The position numbers were made by a program, and so were the translations under genes. A DNA stretch of 64,000 nt from the human T2T-CHM13v2.0 reference genome, Homo sapiens: the NCBI RefSeq assembly GCF_009914755.1, contig NC_060942.1; one strand, given 5' to 3'. The notes under the pieces were generated by a model. That model ran no database searches, was not told the origin of the DNA, and saw nothing but the letters and a program-made list of their open reading frames with translations. Of this stretch, positions 40,228 through 52,478 are shown one piece after another (position 1 is the stretch's first letter; every line of letters begins with the position of its first letter).

Positions 40228-42700
40228 CCAGAGCCTTTTGTGTTTGATTAGGGAACTGGCTGAGGTGCCCAGCTTTGGGGGACACCAGATGACTGGAGGC
40301 CACATGGAATTGGCAATCCACTGGTCCCCCATCAATGTACATCAGGTGCTGGTGCTGGTAGACACCAGCGTAGATTGCAGCCTTGTTTATGGGAACCCAG
40401 ATAAGTTTCCAGGCAAGGCTGCATTCATTTACAGTTATGGAGTCCAGTCAGTGAAAGTGAAACCTATATCTTTCAACCTTGACACTGGCCACTTGGTTCC
40501 CCATTTATACACTGTGTATATCTCTCCCATACCTGAATACATGCTGGGGTTGGATGTTTTACACAGCTTGACAGCTGTGCTGTTTATCACAGATTTGATG
40601 GACCACTTGACAATGGAATTGGGACAATACCACTATGTGGTGGACTTGGCTAACGCATTCTTCTCAATTTACATTGCTGTAGAGAGCCAGGAACAGTTTG
40701 TCTGCACGTGGGAAGGATGACAATGGACTTTCTCAGTGTTGCCACAGGGCTATGTGCACAGCTCCACCATATGTCATGGTCTCATTGCCATGGATTTAGC
40801 CACCTGGAAATGTACAAAGAGGGTCCATCTATTCCATTGTAATGATGACATTAGGTTAACCTGTGATTCTCTTGCTGATTTAGGAGCAGTAGCACCCCTC
40901 TTGCAACAACATTTGGCAGCATGCGGTTGGGCCATCAATGACTCCAAGGTCCAAGGGCCTGGGTTGTCTGCCAAATTCTTGAGAGTTATCTGATCAGGTA
41001 AGATGAAAGTCATACAAGAGGCCATCATAGACAAAATTCAGATATAATCCTGACCCAGCACTGTGAGGCAGCTGCAGACCTTTGTGGGCCTCCTGAGATA
41101 TTGGTGGGCATTTGTGCCCCATTTGGCTCAGGTGATAAAACTTGTGTACCGGTTGACAAAAAAGGGCGTCTACCAGGGATCGGGATGATGCGGCTGAGAC
41201 CACCTTCCTTGGCAGCCAAGCAGGCTATTCAGCAGGCACAAGCCCTACAGTAGTTGACCAGGGATACCAGTTTGCGCTGGATGTGCATATGACCAGATGG
41301 TTTCAGTTGGAGCCTGTGGCAACATATGGCATGCCTGAGAACTCTAATAGGCTTTTGGTGGCAACTATGGAAGGCAGCTGAGCTCTGGTATTCATTGATA
41401 GAGAAGCAGTCAGTAGCTGCATATGCTGCCCTTCAGTATTGTGAAAGTGTAACAAGACGGGCTATAGTCATTGGGTGGATGACTTACCCAATAGAAGGGT
41501 GAGTACATTCATGGGTAACAACCTCCCGGACTGGGACAGCACAGACATCCACTTTAGCAAAGTGGGATGCCTACTTAGAACAGTGAAGTATGCTGAGCAC
41601 AAGCCCCTTAGCAGCAGAATTACAAGAAGTCTTGGAACCTGTAGCCCTAATGCAAGATAAGTCCATGGGGCCTGAGGCACCCCCAGACCCTGAGCCATCA
41701 CTGTTTAAGGAAAAGCGCCACCCCCCAATCCCTGATGGGTTATGGTATACAGATGGGTCTACCTGGGGTGCTGCTGCTGCCTAGACTGCTGTTACAGTCC
41801 AGCCTAGTACTGACACCATATGGTTTAATACCAGGTGCACACAAAGTAGCCAATGGGCTAAACTCAGAGCAGTGTGAATAGTGATCACCAAGAAGGTGAC
41901 ACCTATGGTTATCTGCACCAATAGCTGGGCAGTTTATCAAGACTTAACCTTATGGTTAACTACATGGAAGTTACAGACTTGGCTATTGGTCCCTAACCCA
42001 TGTAGGGACAATCCATGTGGCAAGACCTATGGGAGGAAGGATGACCTCCTCTGAACAGGTATGGGAACAAACAGCAATTTGTTCTTGCTTGCCCTAATGC
42101 CATAAAGGTAGGAGAACAAAAAATCTGGCTTCAGCCATGGACCTTCCAAGCCTCCTACCCCCCATTGCAGGTGGTTAGCCATTGTAACTCCCTGGGGGGA
42201 GGACCTGCAGTATAATTTACATGTCACTCCTTGGGTATTAAATGTATGCCCTCCACGATTAACCATTAGTAGAGGAATGGCCAGAAAAAGAACCCTCTTC
42301 CAGGGAACATATGTATTGTCTGTGTGTGTCCTGGCACATACATCCACATTCTATGAAGAACTGGACATGGCTAGAGACTTGAAGTCCCTTGGCTAATGCC
42401 TGGAATGCAACATGCCAAGGGTTGAATAGAGAATGCCACAGAACTAATAGCATACCTGCCCCCTGGCTGACCCATAGAATTTACGATGGGTAGGTCTGGC
42501 TGATAGAAACACACCTGGTGCTCCCACCACAGGTACCACGATGTATAGAGCAACATTAGGGTAATGTCACCATGGGGTGGTTGCCCACCATAGCCTGAAG
42601 TTGTTGCTTTCTGTATGGCTGTTATGGCCTATGGTTTCAGTGTTCTACCCTGTGGGCGCATCTCCCAACTAAAAGAACTCCCTCAGCCTAAGGGGTGGAG
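40228..42700 (+). mobile_element. Class III ERV internal region (HERV-S/HERVL18/HERVL32-like): decayed protease-RT-RNase H, no 5' LTR seen
   Basis: Translated motifs: protease LVDTS (DTG mutated), RT DLANAFF, LPQG, CNDD (YxDD mutated), RNase H WYTDGS; stops and frameshifts; polypurine tract aaggggtggag immediately before the LTR. Confidence 0.9.
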
Positions 42701-43170
42701 TGTAAGGAAAATGAATGTGCTTCAGTCAAGAATAGGTTGAAATAAACATTCAGTACAGCATGACACAGCAGGTTTGGAGTGCAGGTGCACAATCCCATGC
42801 ATTATGTGACCTGTTTGTGTGAACTCATACCTGGCTTTGAGTCACTATTGTCTGTAAGTTACATAAACGTATCACCGATACTGTGAGAGGGCATGTGCCT
42901 AATGGAGCTGGCCACCTTGCAGGCAGATGGGGAGAGCCAGGAAATGGCGAGCACATCAGGGAACACAGCTGCAGGTGTGGGGATGAACAGAAACCATGGT
43001 GCTGTGCTGAGAGGGCCTGTGGCTGGAGCGGGCAGCCAAGACAAAGCCTTGCAACTGGAGAGAGAAAAAAGCCATGTTGCAACTGCCTATGATTTCTTGG
43101 GTGTTTTTCCAGCTACCCGCCACCTGCCCAACAACTTCCCATGGACCTCAGTGTGGGCTAGAACCTGACC
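42701..43170 (+). mobile_element. 3' LTR (LTR18/LTR32-like)
   Basis: Starts tgtaaggaaaatg right after the PPT; cactattgtctgtaa; ends gtgtttttccagctacccgcc...ggacctcagtgtgggctagaacctgac. Confidence 0.85.
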
Positions 43171-43182
43171 AAGGGTACATAT

Positions 43183-43470
43183 GACAAAGTAGGTACTCAA
43201 TGAATATTTGTTGAGTGGATTGAAATATTAATGGAGTTAGTAGTTTAAAAGTCCTGTTCAGGAAAACTTCTTTCTTTTTCTACCTTCTACCTGATCCTTT
43301 TATGGAGTTTTCAGGCTTAGATGCATGCAGTGGAGATAGGATGGAAGAAGCTGGAATTCTTCTTTTGTTTATATTTTTGCCTCCTCAGATTCTCACTAGT
43401 CCAGTACCTCTCATACCTCTTTGTGTATCAGAATTCACAGAACTTTACCCACACTTTCAATTTTAACTTA
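43183..43470 (+). repeat. Old dispersed direct repeat, copy B (copy A at 37601-37879)
   Basis: Collinear with copy A, with many substitutions and a ~10-bp indel near the end. Confidence 0.92.
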
Positions 43471-43834
43471 TCAGGCTTAGGTATTTTATAAAGTGCCTCA
43501 GGGCCTTGGTTTTAATAGGTATTCAGCAAAAAAAAAAAAAAAAATCATGTCCATTACCAAGATCCTGAGTCAGGCTGAGGGGCCCTGCATTAGGGAATGT
43601 GAACACTTTTGCAAATCCAGAGCAACTGGAATCTAGAGTTCATTCCCTTAGGAGATGAAGAAGTCACAACTGGCTGGATCTATCAGTCCTGGATCCCTCT
43701 CTGAGGGAACTTACAATTGTGGATTTCTGACATCCATATTCTAGGTGCTGGCTGTGGACTCCTCTCTCTGCCTCAGGCCATAAGTCATCCTCTTCACACA
43801 GACTCTCTCTCCACCAGCACCACCTCTCTCACAT

Positions 43835-43985
43835 CAGCAGGCATCAAAATCACCTGGAGTGCTTGCGAATCACAAGCTTCTGATTCAATCATCTGGGTTA
43901 GGGCCCAATAATTTGCATGAATAACAAGGTCCCAGTGGATGCTGCTGCTGCTGGTTCACAGACCACACTTTGAGAACCATTACTC
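43835..43985. mobile_element. MER5A
   Basis: catcaaaatcacctggag...ttctgattca...gggcccaataatttgcat...gctgctggttcacagaccacactttgagaacca. Confidence 0.8.
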
Positions 43986-45394
43986 TAAGTAATTTTCTAG
44001 CTATGTGTAAGTCTAACATGAATCTACTTCCTGTCACAGGTACATTTTGCCAAAATAAATCTTACAGGTTTTATACTGCAGTTGGTTTACAATACAGCCA
44101 TTTTTCTCTGTTATCAACTAAAAATTCCAGGAAGTAAGTATTTTGCTTGAAGATACTTTCATCTGATGAAAGGGAAAGGTGCCTTCTTTTCTCCCTGTGG
44201 CAGTAGGGCTTTAGGAACAGAGAACACATGGAAAAGTTTTCCCAAACAAATCCTCACTCTACTGTCTACTGTCTTTACTAGGTGATCACTGACGGGGTAA
44301 AACTAGCTTTCCAATCTCTAGCTCCTTTGATATCCCAGCCAAAACAGAAAGAGAAAGTATCTCTATGAAGGCTTCTTTACACTTATCATGAGTCATAACT
44401 TTGAAAGAAACATAATAAAATAGTTTTGGCCTTTTAAAATGTCTGAATTGAATATAGACTACACCCTTGAAAATATTAAACATATTTCCTATAGTGGTCT
44501 ACAAATTTTTCTTTCTGAGTTGATATAACTTATCTTTTTGTAGCAGAGTAATATCAAGGATATAAAATATTTTGTTATTACACAACATAGCATCTCTTAT
44601 TTGTATTAGAAATATTAAAGAAAATTGTAATTGTAGCGACAGTTTATTTTAGACATCTTCCCATATATGCAAATTTTAAAGAGTTTGGTAGGCTCTGAGA
44701 TAGATCTATCCCTTTGAGGATTTCAAGTTTTTGCATCAGAAATCTAGCGCGGTAACTCTCAAGTCCAGAGCTAAACAACTACTCTAAGATTATGTAAAAA
44801 ACAAAACCAACAAACAAAAAACCACACTTACATACAAACAGGTACAGAAGACCTAAAAGTCTATTTCTTTCATAGGTGTAGCAATTAATATGAAATTTCT
44901 GTACGCATTAGCTTTTCTTTTTGTTTCTACAAAACTTTTTCATTACTCTAAAATGAGCTACTGGATTTTATTTCCAGCCCATTTTTCTTGTGCTTTTTCA
45001 AAATTTCAAATTTCATATATCATTATATTTCAAAATTATACCTTCCTTTTTAGGCATAAAGAAGTAGAAGCTTTCAGACGGGAGCACTCATGTGCTTATT
45101 GTTTTTCATGCTTAGATTATTCTTAGTAAATAAAACTATTTTCAATCATCTTTCACTTATCTTTAAATTCAGAGGTTGACATTACAAATTATAAGCTTAA
45201 ATATTTTTTCTATTCATTGCTTCTGCAATTTCATATTTCATATTCATGATAAAGACACAGTAAGACAGGACTGACCAAGGAAGAAAATAACTCAACAGAT
45301 TTACTAGGAGAAATTGCATTTTCATAACTTTGAATGTCTAAGATATTAATAAAAATTAATCTGTTATTCAAGAATAATTAATGTCTGACAAAAT

Positions 45395-45600
45395 TGGAGG
45401 AAAGTGACTGTCTCTAGGCTTCGAGGGGATTGACTGGAAAGGGACATGAAGGAAGTTTCTGGGATAATAGAAATGTTTTGTATCTTGGTAGAGATGTATG
45501 TAGTTTGCCTTATGCTTTTGAAAACTCCCATGGAACTGTATAACATCTCTAGAGTTTACTGTAAGTATTCATACTTCAGCAAAATAAAAAAATATATAAA
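45395..45600 (+). mobile_element. L1ME-type 3' end
   Basis: ggggattgactggaaagggacatgaaggaagtttctgggataatagaaatgttttgtatcttg. Confidence 0.75.
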
Positions 45601-46227
45601 TACAGAAATAATTCTGTAAAAATCTATTACCAACATTTCTGTATCACTTTATATTTTTATATACAGTGAAGTTAAGTAAATCAACTTTTCAACAAACACC
45701 TTTTTAAGGAGAAATTGATAATGATTGAAGAAATGTTTATATTAATAAAAGTTTTAAATAATCTCACTCTCTACTAGCATTGTAATTTGAAGAATATTTT
45801 AACTAATTTTTTCTAAGGATAATTGCTGACTTTACTTGTCACTAAAACGTATATGCCTGAGAGACTGCTTATTCTTTAAGATATAAAAAGAAGTCTTTAT
45901 TTAACTTTCTTAGAATCTGTTTCATTTTGACAGTCTCTAGGAAACCAAGAGATCAACACAGGAAATTATTCTAAAGAAAATTTAGAAGAAGAAAAATGTT
46001 TTTATTTATCTTGATTTCTCTGTTGGTAAGAGAACCAGATCTCTTAATGTAATTACACTAAGAAATGAATATGCGAGACAGAAATACGTGGGAATTATTT
46101 CTTCCTAGCATGTCTTGATATTCAACCTAACTACTTGGAATCAAATTCTACATATATACCCAAAAGGAGTAACATCTATATGGATTTGAGATGCACAGAG
46201 ACTGCTAAGTGTTATTGTAAAAGCATT

Positions 46228-47120
46228 TCTAAAGTTTGATTGAGGTATAATTTACATACAACAAACTACACATATTAAAAATGCACAACATGATGGGTTG
46301 TGACCTTTGTACACATCCTTGAAACCACGACTAAAGTCAAGACTGTAAGCAAATTCTCATCACTCCAAAATGTTTCTCTTAGTCCTCTTAATTCTTTCTT
46401 TCCACTTTTTTCCTACCTCTCCTCCTCAGGCAAACACAGATGGAGCTTCTGTTACTATAGAATAGTTTGGATTTTTGTGAGTTTTTGTATAAATGAAATC
46501 ATACAATATATATTTTTTGGTATGGCTTCTTTCATTTACTATAATTGTTTATAGATGCTGTTTCATGTATCAATAGTTTATCCCTTGGCGTCAAGTAGTA
46601 TCCAGTCATGCGTATATACCTCTATCTGTTTATCCACTCAACTATTCATAGGCATCTAAGTTGTTTCTTCTAAGTTACGACCATTAAAAATATAGCCAAT
46701 TTGAATATTCATGGACACATTTTGTTATGGGCCTATGCTTTACTTTCTTCTGGGTAAATACTTAGGAGTGAAATAGCTGGATCAACTGAGAGGTACATAT
46801 TTAACTTTTTAGGCTATCACAAACTGTTTTCTGAAGTTTTCATACATTTTACAGTCCCACTAGTAGTGTATAAGTTGTCCAGCTACCCCCAGATTTTCAC
46901 TCACACTTCATATGGTAAGTCTGCTTTTAATTCAAGCCATTCTAAAAGGTGTGAAGTATCTCATTATGGTTTTTATTGCGTTAATAACTAATGATTGATG
47001 ACCTTTTGCTGTGTTTATTTGCCATCTATTTATCTTCTTTGATGAAGTAATTATTCAAATTTTTTTATCATTTTGTAGTTTTGTATTTGACCATGAATTT
47101 CCTTAATAATAAGTTTTGTT
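46228..47120 (-). mobile_element. L1ME-type 3' region
   Basis: ttgaggtataatttacatacaacaaa...ctgggtaaatacttaggagtgaaatagctggatca...gccattcta. Confidence 0.8.
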
Positions 47121-47130
47121 TGTTTCTTTG

Positions 47131-47230
47131 TTTTAGATATGAAGTCTCATGATGTTTCCCAGGCTAGCCTTGAACTCCTGAGCTCAAGTGATCCTCCCAA
47201 CTTAGCCTCTTGATTAGCTGGGATTACTGC
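47131..47230 (-). mobile_element. FLAM/Alu monomer fragment
   Basis: cccaggctagccttgaactcctgagctcaagtgatcctccc...gctgggattac. Confidence 0.8.
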
Positions 47231-47249
47231 ATCCTACTCCTATTGAGTA

Positions 47250-48690
<1,441 letters not shown>

Positions 48691-48699
48691 GAGGTCATG

Positions 48700-49770
48700 T
48701 AAATTCCCACAAGTAATGTGAGAGAGTTCTTATTTCCCCACATTTTTGCCAACACTTGTCGGTAACCAACTTTTTTATTATAACTCTTTTAGTGGCTGTG
48801 AATTGGCATTTCATAATGACTTCGTTTTGCATTTATCTAATTGTTAATGATGTTGAACATATCTTCATAAACTTATTGTACATCTTGGGAAAATGTGTAT
48901 TCAAATATTTCATGTATCTTTAATTGGGTAGTCTATTTATTACTGAGATATACAATTTCTTTAAATATTATATATACTGGACTCACATAAAATTTGCAAA
49001 TGTTTTCTGCATTGTATGAATTGTCTTTTGACTTCATTGATACTGCTCTTTGAAGGGCAATAGTCATTAGTTTTTACGAAGCCCAGTTGATCTTTTTTTT
49101 TTTTTTAGTTGCTTGTGCTTTTAGGGTCAGGCCTAAGAAACAATTACCTAATCCAATGTCATAAAGATTTACACCTATATTTTCCTTAAAGGGTTTTATA
49201 GTTTTAGATCTTATATTTATGTCTTTATCTATTTGAGTCGGTTTTTGTACATAGTATTAGATAGGAGTCCAACATTGTTACTTTTCTCATGTGGGTTTCC
49301 ACTTGTCCCAGAATCATTTGCTGGAAAAAAAAATATTCTTCTCCAGTGAATTGTCTAGGTACGCTTGTCAAAAATAAATTGACTATAAATATAAGTATTT
49401 ATTTCTGGTTTCTCAATTCTATTGTCTATGTATATCTAATTCTAGTACAATACAAAATTGATTACTGAAGATTTGTAGTAAGTTTTGAAGCTAAGAAATG
49501 TAGTAAGATTTAAAATTAGGAAAAGTGTCCTCAGACTTGGTTCTTTCTTATTATTGTTTTGGCTGTTATGATTTCTTGCATTTTCATATAAATTTAAGGA
49601 TCAGCTTGTCAATTTTTGCAAAAATACAAAAAAAGGTCAGTTAAAGTTTTGATAGATTTGTTGGTGAATACATAGACTAACGTGGGGAATATTGTCATCT
49701 TAGCTATGTTAAATCTTCTAAATCATAAACACAGAATATCTTTGATATAGATAATTGTTCTTTAATATCA
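48700..49770 (-). mobile_element. L1M (L1MB-like) ORF2 fragment
   Basis: tttgccaacacttg, aatgatgttgaacat, gttgcttgtgcttttagggtca, ttgattactg...tttgtagtaagttttgaa, taaggatcagcttgtcaattt. Confidence 0.85.
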
Positions 49771-49929
49771 GCTCATATATTTAACATACGATAAAAAATT
49801 TTTGTACTACTAGTGTAATGTGTTTACATGGTAATAGTATAGCGTTATCTTCTGGTGACATTGAAAAACTGTAAACTTGCCTATAAGATGATAAAATTAA
49901 TAATAGGGTTATTAATTGTTGTAATTTAA

Positions 49930-50160
49930 AAAAGTTAAAATAAATAACACAGCTGAAAATGTATAAAGACATTTCATAGGAAAAATGATAAACTGGTATA
50001 TATATGTATATATATACACACACACATCAGAATATACTTCTGATTTTGAAAAGTTAAAATAAATAACATAGCTGAAAATTTATAAAGAAAGATATTTCAT
50101 AGGAAAAAGGATAAATTGGTATATACACACACACACACACACACATCAGAATATACTTCT
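49930..50160 (+). repeat. Tandem duplication, ~119-bp period x2, each copy with a (TA)n(CA)n tract
   Basis: aaaagttaaaataaataac...catcagaatatacttct at 49930-50041 and 50049-50160. Confidence 0.95.
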
Positions 50161-50189
50161 ATCTGTATATGTTTTCAGACTTCAATATT

Positions 50190-50454
50190 TATTTATTTAT
50201 TCTTAGATAGGGTCTTGCTATGTTTCCTAGGCTGGAGTACAGTAGCATGATCATAGCTCACTGCAGCCTTGAACTCCTAGGCTCAAGCAGTTTTCCTGCT
50301 TCTGCTTCCTGAGTAGGTAGGGCTACAGGCTCATGGCAACATGCCTGGCTACATTTATTTTTTGTAGAATTGGAGTCTTGCTATGGTACCCAGGCTGGTC
50401 CCAAACTTTTGGCCTCAAATGACCCTTCCACCTCAGTCTCCCAAATTGCTAAGA
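50190..50454 (-). mobile_element. AluJ
   Basis: tgatcatagctcactgcagccttgaactcct; imperfect TSD tcagacttcaatatt/tcagactcccatatt. Confidence 0.92.
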
Positions 50455-51549
50455 TCAGACTCCCATATTAAAGAAATAGCTCCGGAAAAAGCAACAAGTA
50501 AGTTATAACAATTTCACAAATTACAATTTAACTAATCTTTTTCTGGAATCAGAGTATTTTACAAGGGTTCAATAGAGACCATGCAGAGAGTTTGTATTTC
50601 TACAATCTGTTTTTCCTCTATGTTCAATTGTAATCATTTAAACACTCAGCCAAGAGCTTCCCAAGAATGAAAGGGCAGCTGAAATGTCCTGAGAACAATC
50701 ATATCTATATTACATAAGCCACAATAGGACATAGGCATGAACATGGCTCTAATGTCCTATAACTTCCACCTTGTTAAAGTTATCTGGCAAAATAAAGAAA
50801 CACCAGCATCAGTTCATAAAAAAGAATGTACAATGTTCATAAAGAAGAATTGTGCAAGCTAACAATGTTAATTTGTAAATAAGCCTGCATTCTTAGTGAC
50901 AGTGTCATAGCAAAAGGAGTGTTACTTTAGCAAAAGTAACAAAAAACTAGATTTGAATCTCCGTTAGCTTATATATTCATGGTGAAACAAAGGTGAGTTT
51001 TATTGTAGCACAGGCTTTTAATATACTGGTCATGGCTGCTAAATTAACTGTGGTGATGTCTAAAGTTTTCAAGTCTCGTGACAGATTTTGTTTCTCATCT
51101 ACTCTGAAGCTGACAGCTGCCATTACGGCTGCCTCTGCAAGTCTTACTGACATTCTGGGTGTCAAGACTGACGAGCATTACTTGCTATGATTTAAAGGGA
51201 AAAGAAATGCTTGTCCTTTATAAATAAGTATTAGATATTGGAAATATGTTTATTAGTGAATAGAAAAATATTGGAATGGTTAAAAAGTTTAATTAATAAT
51301 TTATATCTACATACAGTAGTGCAAAATTTGGATTAAATAGCATATGGATTAAGTTTTAGGAAGCAAAATCAGAAATAAAATGAGAAGAAAAAACAAGAAG
51401 TAGTTTATCTCAGGAGCTCAGAGCTTTTAGTGTGTGTAACTAATTTATGGCTTTCAAAATTGCAAGATGTTTAAACATGTTTAATAACATCCAGACTAAG
51501 ACAAATAGCAAAAATTGTCAATATAAATTTTTCCAAGCCCATAAATGTT

Positions 51550-51680
51550 AAGAGTTGAAAAGTACCTTAATGTAATTTACTCCATCCCTCAACTTTACAG
51601 AGGATGAAGCTGAGGACTACAAAAGTAAAGTGATTACCCAATACAAGAGAACTAATAAGAAAGAGTTCTCCTGATTCCCA
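51550..51680 (-). mobile_element. MIR (MIR3/MIRc-like) fragment
   Basis: tccatccctcaactttacagaggatgaagctgaggac...aagtgattaccca. Confidence 0.55.
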
Positions 51681-51771
51681 TGACTGCCAATATTGACAAA
51701 AGATATTTCTTATCCCTCAATATGCTATGATTAATGAATGTTATATTAAGTATAGTATTCTCTTTAGCCTT

Positions 51772-52478
51772 TGTTCTGGACCAAATGCTTGTGTCTCCCT
51801 AAAGTTCATGTGTTGATGTCCTAACTCCCAATAGGATGGTAGCTGGAAGTGGGGTCTTTGGAAGGTAATTAGGTTTAGATGAGGTCATAAGGGTGGGACA
51901 GCGCGATGGGATTAATGCCCTGATAATAAGAGGAAGAGAGACCAATGTTCTCCCTCTCTCTGTGGTATGAGGACACAGTGAGAAGGTGGCCTTTCTTCAA
52001 GCCAGTAAGAGTATCTTTACCTCACCTGAAACGGAATCTACCGGCACCATAATCATAGATTTCTTAGACTCCACGACTGTGAAAAATAAATAACTGGCTG
52101 GGCGCGGTGGCTCACGCCTGTAATCCCAGCACTTTGGGAGGCGGAAGCGGGCAGATCACAAGGTCAGGAGTTCAAGAACAGCTTGACCAACATGGTGAAA
52201 CCCCTGTCTCTACTAAAAACACAAAAATTAGCCGGACGTGGTGGCGGTTGCCTGTAATCCCGGGTACTCAGGAGGTTGAGGCAAGAGAATTGCTTGAACC
52301 CAGGAGGCAGAGGTTGCAGTGAGCTGAGACCACGCCATTGCACTCCAGTCTGGGAGACAGAGCGAGACTCCGTCTCAAAAATAAATAACTAAATAAATAA
52401 TAAAATAAATAAATAAATACCTGTTGTTTAAGTCACTCAGTCTGTGGTATTTTGTTATAGCAGCCTGAGCTAAGCAAA
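51772..52478 (+). mobile_element. MLT1A MaLR LTR, interrupted by an Alu
   Basis: ggtaattaggtttagatgaggtcat, gaggacacagtgagaaggtggcc, tgttgtttaagtcactcagtctgtggtattttgttatagcagcc. Confidence 0.9.
52096..52410 (+). mobile_element. AluS (Sg-like)
   Basis: Full dimer; gatcacaaggtcaggagttc; imperfect TSD aaataaataact/aaataaatacct. Confidence 0.95.

Noticed and set aside
40013-40720. Longest ORF (235 aa) as a functional or domesticated gene
   Set aside because: It is a chimera of non-viral flank and ERV protease/RT; catalytic DTG is DTS, RT is internally deleted and interrupted by a stop, and YxDD reads CNDD in the next fragment.
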